From Mobula hypostoma (Eukaryota), in NCBI RefSeq assembly GCF_963921235.1, contig NC_086108.1, forward strand, positions 6,572,001 to 6,635,863: a stretch of 63,863 bases of DNA. Reading direction: 5' to 3'. Of this stretch, positions 35,401-48,098 are shown one piece after another. The translations under genes were made by a program, and so were the position numbers. How positions within the stretch are numbered: the first letter of the stretch is position 1; each line of letters starts with the position of its first letter. The notes beneath the pieces were generated by a model. It saw nothing but the letters and a program-made list of their open reading frames with translations, was not told where the DNA came from and did no database searches.

Positions 35401-37489
35401 TACCCGAAGCACTGGGTTTAAGGTGCCAGGACCTGCCTTCGCTCCTTCTCCTGTCAGTTGAAACAGTTCTGCCGGGCTTAGAGGCCACACGAGAAGGCCA
35501 GGAGCTGGACTTGGTTGTCAGAGGCCATTTGAGGCGCATGCCTTGAGGAGCACTTTTAGGTGGTGGGAGCTTGTCCCCATTACCACTTCTTGGCTTGACA
35601 ACCTTGGAAGTATTAGACCAGCACTTAAATTGCCAAGTTATGGTAGGCCATAAGCCACGTGCAGGTAAATAGGATTAATGGAGATGGGAAGGAAGGTTGT
35701 CATGGAGACTGTAGGACAAAGGGCCAGTTTCCATGCCATCTGGCTCTAATTGTGATCTTTTATATCCATTTGAGAAGGCAGGGTAATACTTTGAACCCAT
35801 GAACACTACCTCACTACTTTTTTATTTCTATTTTTGCAGGAGGTAGGTCAATAGGTATACTTAATGTCAGAGAAGTGTATGCAATATACATCTTGAAATC
35901 CTTTTTCTTCGCAAACATCCACAAAAGCAGGGGAGTGCCCCAAAGAATGAATGTTAAACATTAGAACCCCAAAGCCCCCCCAGCCCCTCTCTCCCACGCA
36001 CAAACAGCTGCAAGGCAACGAACAACCCCTCACCCCCACCGGCAAAAAAGCATCGGCCCCCTCCACCGAGCACTCAAGCATGCAGCAAAAACATCAATAA
36101 AGACGCAGACTTGCAGTACCCCAAAAACCACTCATTCACTCGGTAATTCAACATACCACTGGCTCTCTCTCTCTGTAATAAGGGAAAAAGAGGTGTCTCC
36201 GTTTCACTGTGAGAGGGGAGACATAAACAACTCGCTGATTTACGATGTTAAAAGTCTGTTGCATCGTTTTTTCCGAGCTCTGTGACCAGAGTCAGCCCCA
36301 GAAAGGCACAGCTCTCTGGTCACACAACTCACGGCAGCTAACCCACTGCTCCCGATGTTCTAGGCACCAGCCTAGGATCAACACGTCCCCAGAGTCATGA
36401 AATCCCAGAACCCTGAAGGCTTGGTTGTCCTCCAGGCCGCGTCCTTGGGATATCAAGAAGCAGCAGTCGTGGTGCCCTGAGAGCGGGTCCCATTCCCACA
36501 AAGAACCGAAGTCAGAGTGTAACTCCAGGTCAGGGTCTTCAAATTATTTAATTTAACTGTTTTATATATATATATATAGTTAGTGAAATTCACAGTTTTT
36601 CCCCACCCCCTCTGTTATCATGTTTTGCATTGTACTGCTGTTGCAAAGTTATCAAACTTCATGACATATTCCATTGATATTAGACCTGATTCTTATTCTG
36701 ATACAGCACGGAATAGGCCCTTCCATCCCTTTGAGCCACACTGCCCGGCAACTCACCTATTTGACCCTAGCCTAATCACAAGGCAATTTACACATTAGCC
36801 TACTAACCCACACGCCTTTGGACTGTCGGAGGAAACCGGAACACCCGGAGAAAACCCTTGCGGTCTCGGGGAGAAAGTACAAACTCCTCACAGAATGATA
36901 CCGGAATTGAACTCCAAACTCCGTAACGGAATATCCCGAGCTGTAATAGCATCACGCTAACCGCTGCATGACCGGAAAATGAAAACTTTAAAAAAAATTA
37001 TTGCTTATTGAAATGAAAGCTGGATTGTAAATGCAGAGCCACTGATAACTATGCAAACGGCTGCATTCAGGATCAAGTTCCTGCCAAATTCTGGATTTCG
37101 CCAACTTGATACCATTGAAACATTCCGAAACTAAATCCCTGCTTACGAAAGGACTTGGACAAAGCTGCTTGGAAAATACTACCAATCCTTACATGTTACT
37201 AGTGAGTAATATGAGATTGGTTCCAGCTTGTACATATTAATCCATTGAATGCAACTTTAAATTAGCACAGGCCAGAAGTTTATTATGCTAGCTGTTTGAT
37301 TTAGCAACAACTGTGACATTTGCATTATTAATAGCAACTCAAATTGAGCTTCCAGATACTGACATTGGGATGTCACTTCCCAGCACAAAAATTACTGATT
37401 GAGGCTGTTCCATTTTATCACTTTGTACTGTGCATTCAAAAGTTCACAGACAAGAATAACATGGTTTATCACTTCACTTGCTCTCGGAC

Positions 37490-37800
37490 AACATGCACAA
37501 AATGCTGGAGGAACTCAGCAGGTCAGGCAGCATCTGTGGAAATGAATAAACAGTCGATGTTTTGAGCTGAGACCCCCCTTCAGGACTGAGAAGGAAGGGG
37601 GAAGAAGCCACAATAAAAAGGTGGGGGGAGGGGAAGGAGGCTAGTTGAGGGTGATAGGTGCGGCCAGGCGGGTGGGGAAGGTCAAGGGCTGGAGAAGAAG
37701 GAGTCAGACAGGAGAGGAGAGTGGAAACAGGAGAAATGGAAGGAGAAGGGGACCCAGGGGGGAGGTGATAGACAGGTGAGAAGAAGTAAAAAGTCACAGT
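37490..37800 (-). mobile_element. Penelope-like terminal repeat
   Basis: Colinear with 11169-11450; decayed hammerhead motif at 37551-37588. Confidence 0.72.
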
Positions 37801-38490
37801 GGGGAAAGGTAGGGGCAGAGTTGACAAGTAGTAAATAGGGATAATCAAGAAAGCCAGAAGCTCTCCACTCCACAGCAAGTCCCAGAGGCCTGCAGAGCTC
37901 ACGACAGTCACGTTAGTGCGGGCTGGTGGCACCAGGCACCTAGTTCAGTGCACACGAGGTGGATGAATTGCCTGCTTTTGTGCTGAAGCACTCTGTTGCT
38001 CTATATCAAAAAGACAGAAACAAGTCCATGGTAGCTTGAGTAGTCTGGGGTGTTCTTTTACCAAGGTAACGTTAGGGTTTATTTTGAATTTATTTGTTAA
38101 ATCGGGATATACAAACTCCTTACAGACAACAATGGGAATTGAAGCCAGGTTGCTGGTACTCTAGTTGCTATGTAACCAGGTCAGACCTTCCCCCCCCCCC
38201 CCGCCCCCACCGACCCCTGAACCACAACCAGGGGTTGTGCAGGTTGGTTCAGGAACTGGATGGTTGTGGAAGAGTAACTGTTCCTGAGCCTGGTGTTACC
38301 GAGCCTCAGGCTTCTGTTCCTCCTGCCCGACAGTAGCCGCGGGAAGAGGGAGCAGCTCGAGCGGTGATGTCAGATGCTGCTTCCTACAGGTAGCACCTCC
38401 ATTGATTCAGTTAAAAGAGTTCTTTTAACAGACATTATGAACAGTCCTGCTCTAGATGTTGTTCCCTTTGTTAGAATCACTCAATCCAAG

Positions 38491-39099
38491 TATTCTTCTC
38501 TTCCCATCCGTCTCCCCCACCTCTCTCCCCCCTCCCCATCTCTCTCTTTTTCTCCTGTCTCTATCTCTCTTTCTCCAACTGTCTCTATCTCTCTCTCCAT
38601 CTCTCTCCCTCTATCTTTCTGTCTCTTTCACTCTCTTTCTCACTCTCTCTCCATCACTCCTTCCCTCTCTCTCTCTGTCTTTCTCTTTCTCTCTCTTGCT
38701 TTCTCTCTTACTCTCTGACTGTCTTTGTCTCTCTCCATCTCTCTCCCTCTATTTTCCTGTCTCTGTCACTCTCTTTCTCATTCTTTCTCTTGCCCTCCCT
38801 CTTTCTGCCTCTCTCTCCTTCTCTCTCCCTCCCTTTCCATCTCTTCCTCCCTCTTCCTCTCCCTGTATTCATCATTCTCTCCCTCTCTCTTTCTCTCTAC
38901 CTCTGTCACTCTCACTTTCTCTCCAACTGTCTGTCTCCCTATCTCTCTCTCTGCCTCTCTCTCTTTCTCACTTCTTCTCTGTCTCGCTCTCACATTGCTT
39001 GTCTCTGTCTCTGTTTCTCTCCATCTCTCTCATTGACATTCTCTCTTACCGTTTCTCTCTCCCCACCCCTCTCACTGACTTTTTCTCCCTATCTGTCTC
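38491..39099. repeat. CT-rich low-complexity polypyrimidine tract
   Basis: Imperfect (CT)n/(CTGT)n with almost no purines on the + strand. Confidence 0.92.
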
Positions 39100-40440
39100 T
39101 CACTGACGTTCTCTCTTTGTCTCTCACTGACATTCTCTCTCTCTGTCTCTCACTGATGTTCTCTCTCTCTGTCTCTCACTGACGTTCTCTCTCTCTGTCT
39201 CTCACTGACGTTCTCTCTCTGTCTGTCACTGACGTTCTCTCTCTCTGTCTCTCACTGACGTTCTCTCTCTCTCTCTGTCTCACTGACATTCTCTCTCTGT
39301 CTCTCACTGACGTTCTCTCTCTCTGTCTCTCACTGACGTTCTCTCTCTCTGTCTCACTGACATTCTCTCTCTGTCTCTCACTGACGTTCTCTCTCTGTCA
39401 CTGACGTTCTCTCTGTCTCTCACTGACGTTCTCTCTCTGTCTGTCACTGATGTTCTCTCTCTCTGTCTGTCACTGACATTCTCTCTCTGTCTCTCACTGA
39501 TGTTCTCTCTCTCTCTGTCACTGACGTTCTCTCTCTGTCTCTCACTGACATTCTCTCTCTCTCTCTGTCTCACTGACGTTCTCTCTCTGTCTCTCACTGA
39601 CGTTCTCTCTCTGTCTCTCACTGACATTCTCTCTCTCTCTGTCACTGATGTTCTCTCTCTCTGTCTCTCACTGACGTTCTCTCTCTCTGTCTGTCACTGA
39701 CATTCTCTCTCTCTGTCTCCCACTGATTTTTGCTCTCTCTCTGTCTCTCACTGACGTTCTCTCTCTCTCTCTGTCTCACTGACATTCTCTCTCTGTCTCT
39801 CACTGACGTTCCCTCTCTCTGTCTCTCACTGACGTTCTCTCTCTCTGTCTCTCACTGATATTCTCTCTCTCTGTCTGTCACTGACGTTCTCTCTCTCTCT
39901 CTGTCTCACTGACGTTCTCTCTCTGTCTCTCACTGACGTTCTCTCTCTCTCTGTCACTGACGTTCTCTCTCTCTCTGTCTCTCACTGACGTTCTCTCTGT
40001 CTCTCACTGATGTTCTCTCTCTGTCTCTCACTGACGTTCTCTCTCTGTCTCTCACTGACATTCTCTCTCTCTGTCTCTAACTGACGTTCCCTCTCTCTGT
40101 CTCTCACTGACGTTCTCTCTCTCTGTCTCTCACTGATATTCTCTCTCTCTGTCTCTCACTGACGTTCTCTCTCTCTCTCTGTCTCACTGACGTTCTCTCT
40201 CTGTCTCTCACTGACGTTCTCTCTCTCTCTGTCACTGACGTTCTCTCTCTCTGTCTCTCACTGACGTTCTCTCTGTCTCTCACTGATGTTCTCTCTCTGT
40301 CTGTCACTGACGTTCTCTCTCTGTCTCTCACTGACGTTCTCTCTCTCTGTCTCTCACTGACGTTCTCTCTCTGTCTCTCACTGACGGTCTCTCTCTGTCT
40401 GTCACTGACGTTCTCTCTCTGTCTCTCACTGACGTGATCT
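39100..40440. repeat. Minisatellite CACTGACGTT(CT)nGTCTCT, ~22-30-bp units, about 50 copies
   Basis: Constant core CACTGAY(G/A)TT separated by variable-length CT runs. Confidence 0.95.
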
Positions 40441-40564
40441 CTCTCCCTCTCTCAGCAGAGCTGTACTTTACAGTTCGCCAATCACCACCAGCATGTTTTG
40501 TGTGTTCTATGCTTGTGTGAAGTGCTTTGTGCTTTTGACAGTGCTGAAATCAGCTGCCTGTTAG

Positions 40565-40878
40565 CCTCTGAGTCAGAGAGAATGAGGGGTCAAGTTTCAC
40601 TCCTGAATCCCAGGGTGACCCATCAGTTCAGTACCGAGGGAACGGTGCACTCTCTGAATTGTCAGAGTTCAGATGAAATGATTGATCAAGATCTCAGCTG
40701 TCTCACTCTCGGACATACAAGGCATTCTTTTGAAGACAAGCAGGGTAGTTCTCCTCAGCATTCTCCAAGACGTATCACTCAATCACCATTTGTAAAAGAA
40801 AACAGGATATCTGGTCATTATCGCATTCCTGTTTTGGAGCTTGGCTACTGCATTCCCTGCATTCCAATGGTGACTGAA
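40565..40878 (+). mobile_element. Ancient Deu-domain SINE relic with a tRNA-derived head
   Basis: GCCTCTGAGTCAGA..GGTCAAGT..CAGTACCGAGGGA..TTTTGAAGACAAGCAGGGTAGTTCTCC..ATCTGGTCATTATCGCATT..GTGACT. Confidence 0.68.
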
Positions 40879-41034
40879 ACAGATGTGAAAAGCACCACAA
40901 AGATGTATGCCTTCATTTTCTTCTCTTTCTTGTTTACAAATTCTTTTCAACTTTTCAACTTGCCCCTGTAATCTATTCCCAATGCCAGACTCCTTTTTCA
41001 GATTATTCAACACCATGCACCCCGCCATGTATCT

Positions 41035-41430
41035 CTGCCCCTGCATGGCTGACGGGGTGGAGTTACGTCTCTACCAGATAAGGCGTAAGGTGCATCTTCC
41101 CTCTGCTAGCCTGCAGCTCGTCCTTGGGCAGGGTGTAGCACCTGCTTAGACCCCCAACCACCACCCCAGTCAGGGTCACGTGAAGCCACGGGGGCAGGTG
41201 GTGGATGGTCGTATGAGCAACTGGTGTGGATCACGAGTCCTGGTTATGTGACCACTGACACCAGGCAGACAATCTCTGAAGAGTATTGATAATGGCTGGG
41301 GTCACCCGTCTTGTAAAGACACTGCCCAGAAGAAGGCAATGGCAAACCACTTCTGTAGAAAAAGTTGCCAAGAACAATCATGGTCATGGAAAAACGATGA
41401 TCACCCACGTCATACGACACGGCGCATAAT
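41035..41430 (+). mobile_element. RTE/BovB-related SINE-like element
   Basis: Contains GAAGAAGGCAATGGCAAACCAC, a motif shared with Bov-A/Sauria SINEs. Reverse copies at ~44580-44870 and ~52070-52385. Confidence 0.6.
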
Positions 41431-41469
41431 GAAATAAGGACACCCCTCCCTTGACCACTTTGCATGCCC

Positions 41470-42025
41470 TTGAATGGAAAAGCCTATGAAAAGTAACGGA
41501 CACAGCCCAGTCTATCACAGGTAAAGCCCCCTCCCCACACTGAGCACATCTACATGAAACACGGACGCAGCATCCATCATCAGGGATCCTGACCACCCAG
41601 GTCATGCTCAGTCTCGCTGCTGCCATCAGGAAGGAGGTAGAGGAGCCTCAGGACTCTCACCACCAGGTTCTGGAACAGTTATTACCCTCAACCATCAGGC
41701 TCCTGAACCAAAGGGGATAACCTCACTCAACTTCACTTGCCCCCTCACTGAAATGTTCCCACAGCCAGTGGACTCACTTTCAGGGACTCTTCATCTCCTG
41801 TTTTTGATAGGAATTGTTTATTTACTTATGTATTATTATTTTGTTTGTTTTTCTTTCTCTTTTTGTATTTGCACGGTCTGTTGTCTTCTGCACATTGACG
41901 TTTGTCCATCTTGTTGGGCGTGCTCTTTCATTGATTCTATTGTGTTTCTTGGTACTTACTGTGAATGCCCACAAGGATACGAATCTCAGGGTTGTATATG
42001 GTGACAAATGTGTTCTTTGAACTTT
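41470..42025 (+). mobile_element. Rex1/Babar-type LINE 3' fragment
   Basis: Colinear with 260-760. Confidence 0.72.
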
Positions 42026-42547
42026 GAACGTAGTCTATGTTAAAAGCCTCGAGAATCGCCCTCCTTTTCTCCTACTTCTAGTCTCCCTTTTTTTCATTTA
42101 TTTAGTTACAGCGTGGAACAAACCCTTCTATCTCAACCAGCTGCACCACCTACCAACCCTCCCCTTTAACCCGAGCCTAACTGAAAGACTGCATACAATG
42201 ACCAATCAACCACTAACCGGTACGTCTTTGGACTGTGGGAGGAAACTGGAGCACCCCGAGGAAACCCACATGGTCACGGGGAGAATGAACAGTCTCTTTA
42301 CGGATGGTGTTACAACTGAATCAAGGGCTCTCTGGGGCTTGGGGGCCTTCTGCTGTTGCTTACATTGTGTGGGGGGAGGGGGAGGGGGAGAGGAGGGGGA
42401 GGGGAGGGGGAGAAGGAGGAGGAGGGGGAGGGGAGGGGGAGGGGAGGGCTGATGCTTTTGCTGCTGCTTGTGTGAAGGGAGGGGAGGGGAGGGAGGCTTT
42501 GGGGCTTCGACGTTTCTATCATTCATTCCATGGGGTTTCTTTGCTTT

Positions 42548-43241
42548 AGAAACATAGAAAACCTACAGCACAATACAGGCCCTTCAGCCCACAAAACTGT
42601 GCCGAACATGTCCTTACCTGAGAAATTACCTAGGGTTACCCAAGTCCCTCTATTTTTCTAAGTTCCATGTACCTGTCCAGGAGCCTCTTAAAAGACCGTA
42701 TCATATCCGCCTTCACCACCGTCACTGGCAGCCCATTCCACGCACTCACCACTCTCTGTGTAAAAAACTTACCCCTGACATCTCCTCTGTACCTACTTCG
42801 AAGCACCTTAAAACTGTGCCCTCTCGTGCTCGCCTCTGACTATCCACACGGTCAATGCCTCTCATCTTCTTATACACCTCTATCAGGTCACCTCTCATCC
42901 TCCGTCACTCCAAGGAGAAAAGGCCAAGTTCACTCAACCTATTCTCATAAAGCATGCTCCCCAATCCAGGCAACATCCTTCTAAATCTCTGCACCCTTTC
43001 TATAGTTTCCACATCCTTCCTATAGTACTCCAAGTGGGGTCTGACCAGGGTCCTATATAGCTGCAACATTACCTTTCGGCTCCTAAACTCAATCCCACGA
43101 TTGATCAAGGCCAATGCACCATATGCCTTCTTAACCACAGAGTCAATCTGTGCAGCAGCCTTGAGTGTCCTATGGACTCAGACCCCAAGATCTCTCTGAT
43201 CCTCCACACTGCCAAGAGACTTACCATTAATATTATATTCT
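42548..43241 (-). mobile_element. CR1 LINE 3' portion
   Basis: ORF 42905-43138 reads VKKAYGALA..LYRTLVRPHLEY; the tail matches 7990-8340. Confidence 0.85.
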
Positions 43242-45167
43242 GTTTTGTGGATGTCTGTGAAGAGTATGAATTCCAGGTTGTATACTGTATACATTAAATA
43301 AACTTTTGAATTTTTGACGTCCAAGGCTCTGAGCTGTAATACTGTCGCGCTAATAGCTACCCTACCATGGTGCTCTAATTTTACAAATTTTCTTTCACAG
43401 GAGCATTACCACATAAAATTTAACTTGTTATGGATTGATCACACCCATTGTAAACACAAAAGATTTGTGCGAAGGATTTTGGCCTGAAATGCTGATTGTC
43501 TATTCATTTCTATAGATGCTGTCTGAACTGCTGAGTTCCTCCAGCATTTTGTGTGTGTTGTTTAGACTCCTGGATTGGGAGGTTACATGGTGTGATTGGG
43601 TGATGAGGGCACACTGGGCCGGAACAGCCTGTTACCATGGGGTTGTATCTCCAAATAAATAAATAGATGCTGCCTGGCCTGCTGAGTTCCTCCAGCATTT
43701 TGTGCATTGTTCTATAGCTCCATAGTATCTTCCTGCATTTTCCTGATGGGTGTAGAGTTAATGGGAGGTGTCAAACTAACTAATCCTGCTAATCTACCAG
43801 AGCTGGAAGCCAGTCCAGATGAAGGGTTTCAAGTCTAAATGTCAACCCCAGTGCAAATGAAATATCTCGATCCTTAACAGTTGAGATGAAGAGTTCCTCC
43901 AGCACTTTGTGTGTTGCTTCAAATCTACCAGTTTAGATTTAAAGGTCAGTAACAGGCCCTCCTGGCCCAGCAAGGCCACGCTGCCCAATTACACCCCTCT
44001 TCCAATTAACCTACAAACCGTACATTATAGGGAACTGGATCAACTGGATGGAACCCGCGCAGTCACGGGGAAAATCCTTACAGATAGTGGTGGGAATTGA
44101 ACACTCCTCATTGGCACTGCAGTAGCATTATGCTAACTGATGTGCTACTGGGCCACCAGCTCTAGGTAGGAGTTACAACTGTCTGTTGCTATATTTCTGA
44201 CCCAGCCATCCAAACTAGGTGGCAAAAGAAACTAACATGCAGAATTTGACAAGAGAGCCTGTGGCTACAATGGTAACATTTGTTTGTTCTACACTTACTT
44301 ATTTACTGAGATACAGCACGGAATAGACCCATCACCCTTTGAGCCACGGCACACAGCAATGCTCTGATTTAATCCTAGCCTATTCACAAGACAGTTTACC
44401 ACGGCCAATTAACCTAACAACTGGTATGCCTTTGGAATGTGGGAGGAAACTGGAGCACCCAGAGGAAACCCATGCGGTCACGGGGAGAACGTACAAACTC
44501 CTTACAGGCAGCGGTGGGAATTGAACCTGGTTCACTGATGCTGCAAACCACCACACTACCATGCCACCCCACATATAGCATCGTCATCACTATGTGCCGT
44601 GTTGTATGACGTGGGCAAGCATTGTCTAGAACTGTGATTGTTCTTGGCAAATTTTTCTGCAGAAGTTGTTTGCCATTGCCTTCTTCTGGGCAGTGTCTTT
44701 ACAAGTCAGGTGACCCCCAACCCATTTTCAATACTGCCTGGTGTCGGTGGTCACATAACCAGGACTTGTGATCTACACCAGCTGCTCATACGACCATCCA
44801 CCACCTGATCCCGTGGCTTCTCGTGACTCTGATTGGGGGTGGGGGCCTATACAGGTGCTAAACCCTGTCACCCTAAAGACGATATCTATGCTTCACAAGT
44901 AGGAAATATTAGCAACTGCCAACCCTCAAGGTGAAAGGCAGCAATGAGGCATGTCTGCTAAACTGAGGTTCTCACTTAAAACCAGGATTAAATTTAGAAA
45001 CTCTTTCCTGTACACTGGTTATTTTTTTCCCACCTCCTCGTTACATATACAATTGCTTGATTTTGCCATCGGTTTAAGAATCACATTTGCTGATCTTTAT
45101 ATTTTGTGCGAAGAGGAAGCATTTCAGGGTGTATATTGTTTACATTTCTCTGACATTAAATTGAACC

Positions 45168-45485
45168 TTTGAGGAGAGTCCTGGCCGAGGATGGTTTAGA
45201 CCCAAATGTTGGAGTGTCTGAGGCTAGGATCGAAATACGGTATCAAGCTGGATTGAGAACGGAGCACAAAACAAACATTAGACAATATCACTACTAGGCT
45301 TATGATTGAGCACCAAACCCTAGCTCAGGTGCTCTTTAATTTCTCAATTCTTGGCACCCAAGATGTGATTTTCAATAAGTGGGACCACCCTGAACCCATA
45401 AAGGAGCCACGCCAGCTACCCACACACCGGACAGGTCGAGAGTCTAAATTCCAGAAGCTGGCATGCTTGGGAGCATCTCATAAGA
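45168..45485 (-). repeat. 3' LTR of the sushi-type element
   Basis: Aligns with 50837-51136: AGGATGGTTT.GACCCAAATG, GTATCAA.CTGG, ACAAAACAAA, TCAGGTGCTCTTTAA, GGCATG.TTGGGAG. Confidence 0.75.
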
Positions 45486-45559
45486 AGACCCCTTCTCCTA
45501 CAGCTGACTCCTGGTGGCCCTGTCTGCTCAGAGAGTTGGAAATGGTAGTTGAGGATGAG

Positions 45560-46700
45560 AGTTGATCTAAGGTGACTTTTTCAGGCACCCAATGCCTCTC
45601 CTCAGGTCTGAATCCTTCCAGTTCACAAGGTATTGCTGAAGTCCTCGTACAGTATGCGAGTCCAGAGTCTTCTCACCGTGAAGACCTGTTACCCACCGGT
45701 AAACCTGGGTGGTGGTGGGGCAGACAGGTTTTAATTTAGAGATGTGTAAGGTAGGGTCGATCTTTAGGGTTTTGGGGAGCTGCCAGGTTTACTATGCTCA
45801 GGAGCCTGAAGGGTCTGATGAACTTGGGCGCCAGCCTTCTAGATTCCACCCAGCGAGGCAGCATTGGATGAGACTCTCGGCCGCAGGGACCCCAAGCTCA
45901 GCCTCCTGTTCCAGAAAGAGAGGTGGAGCTAAACCAAACTCAAACAGTGACATCCTGTGCGCCGAATGCTGTAAAGAGCTCTCATCACACAAAATGTGTG
46001 ACATCCTGTGCACTGAATGCTGTACAAGTTGTGGGCAAACTCTGCCCACATCAAATGGTCACACCACTCATCGGGTCCTTCCGAGGCCGGGCATCTTAGG
46101 GTACGTTCTAAATCTTGGTTGGTCCACCCTGTCTGGCCATTGGATTGCAGCGGAAAGGCTCGCTGTTGCCCCTATCAACTTACAAAACGCCCTCCACAAA
46201 TGTGAAGCAAATTTGGGACCACGATCTGAGACAATGTCCACCGGGAATCCGTGGATCCTGAAGACCTGGTCCAGGACAATTTTGGCCGTCTCTGCCGCAG
46301 ATGGCATCTTCTTCAAGGCAATGAACTTGCAGACTTTCGAAAAATGGTCCACAATGACCATGATGACCATCTTCCGCTTGGACGGTGGAAGACCCGTGAC
46401 AGTCCATGGAAACGTGTGCCATGGTCTTTCCAGAACGGGTAGGGGGTGGAGGGGTCCTTGAGTTCAGATACGGGGATTCTTGTTCCGGGCGCACACCTCG
46501 CGTACCTGCACATACTCTGATCTTCTTTCCAGGCACAAATACCTTCTCTTGATAAACTCGAGGGTCCTGGCAATTCCAGGGTGTGCGGTCATTCTTAATG
46601 AATGTCCCCACTGGAGTAGCTGGGACAGGACGGAACTTGGGACGAGCAGCCAACCTAGAGAACCGTTCTTAGGAATCTCCCCTTGTGCCTAGGCCCACGG
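45560..46700 (-). pseudogene. pol: Integrase and chromodomain remnant
   Basis: VIVDHFSKVCKFIAL..FRIHGFPVDIVSDRGPKFASHLW; QLPKTLKIDPTLHISKLKPV. Chromodomain over two frameshifts: VFTVRRL/LDSHTVRGLQQYLVNW/EGFRPEERHWVP (45560-45685). Confidence 0.87.
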
Positions 46701-46799
46701 ACAAGAGTGTCGATTCCCCAACAAGTTGGCACTACCACCCTGGCTTGGGGCAATTTGGTGGTAGGCTGCTCCTCTCGTTCTGGTTTGTCAAACTGATGG

Positions 46800-47500
46800 G
46801 ACAAGGCTTCTGACTTCTGGTTCTTCGACCCCGGTCAATAGGTCAGGATGAAATCAAAGCGATTAAAGAACTAAGACCACCTGGCCTGCCTGGAATTCAG
46901 CCTCTTGGCCTCGTGAATATAAGCCAGGTTCTTGTGGTCAGTCCAAATGATAAAAGGGTTCTTGGCCCCCTCTAGCCAGTGACGTAATTTATAAAGGCCT
47001 GGAAAATCTCTGGAGCTTTCAGAAGGCCGAAAGGTATAACCAGGTACTTGTAGTGCCCCATCAGTGTATTGAATGCAGTTTTCCACTCATCACCTTTCCG
47101 GAGCAGGTTGTAGGCACTCCGTAAGTCTAGTTTTGCTCCTTGGAGCATCTTGAAGGCCATATTCATAAGAGGAAGGGGATAGCGATTCTTGGTCCTTATA
47201 TAGTTTAATCCCCTGTAATCAATGCACAACCACAGGCTCCCATCTTCCTTTTGTACGAGAAAAAATCTGCGGCAGCAGTTGCGGCAGAGGGCCAAGTGAA
47301 GCCTGGGGCAAGAGCTTCCTTTATATACCCTTCCATTGCGCTTCTCTCTGGGCCCTCGACCCCGCGGGGCAACAAGTATCAAGCAGCAGGTCTGTGGCAC
47401 AGTCATAGGGTCAGTGCGGTGGAAGAGTGGAGGCCTTTCCCTCGCTGAAGATCTCCTCTAGATCCTTGTAAACAGTCGGGATTTCGAACGGTCTGGGTGT
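46800..47500 (-). pseudogene. pol: RT N-terminal half fused to the RNase H C-terminus (internal deletion)
   Basis: [68 protein letters not shown], followed directly by [37 protein letters not shown]. Confidence 0.87.
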
Positions 47501-47641
47501 TGCAATCTCCTCCAGACATTCCTTTGAGAACGAGCCCTGAGGCTTCTTAGTTGGATGATTCAACAGACATCAGAATCCCCACCCCCTAGGTTCACAAAGC
47601 TCATTTGTAGAATCAGATCCAAAGCCCCATCTGTGTCCTCA

Positions 47642-48098
47642 AGCCCAAATTATACTTCTGTGTCAAATGTACACCATAGGTACCGTGTACCCTACGCTGT
47701 AGGGTGACATGCACCTCCCCAGAAATGTAACTCGCGCATCACGGTGACGCAGACCGCAATGACTGTGATTGGTCCGCTTGGTAGCATCGCATTTCCTCCT
47801 ACACATTTCCGGTTGCTTTTCTCTGCCCTGTCTGTCACTGATGCGAGATAAACGGTTGGAAACGATGAACCAAATCGTCAAACCTACCTGCCGACATCCA
47901 AAAATATTTGAAATGCATTTCCTCATCCATGTCTCTCACAAAGAAACTCAACACAGTGGCGTAGAAACCCCACTGCCAACTAGCGTTTTGGCGGTGAATT
48001 GCAGAGTGATGCAGACACAACTACGCATGCCGTAGGGCTACCAAAAGGTATAAATCAGGCCTATGGCGTAGCCCGTACGCACAAGTATAAATCAGTCT
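47642..48098 (-). mobile_element. Non-autonomous PIF/Harbinger transposon with a transposase remnant
   Basis: Imperfect TIRs AGCCCAAATTATACTTCTGTGT / ACGCACAAGTATAAATCAGTCT; TCA TSD at 47639-47641 and 48099-48101. [33 protein letters not shown] resembles the Harbinger transposase N-terminal YFRMS motif. Confidence 0.8.

Noticed and set aside
38374..40331. Ser/Leu-rich and Arg/Glu-rich ORFs
   Set aside because: They arise from (CT)n low-complexity sequence and the minisatellite.
42370..42500. G-rich run with G-quadruplex potential and a Gly/Pro-rich ORF
   Set aside because: It is a simple (GGGGA)-type expansion inside a repeat, with no evidence of function.
45709..46461. 250-aa plus-strand ORF
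   Set aside because: It is antisense to the sushi integrase and has no recognisable domain.
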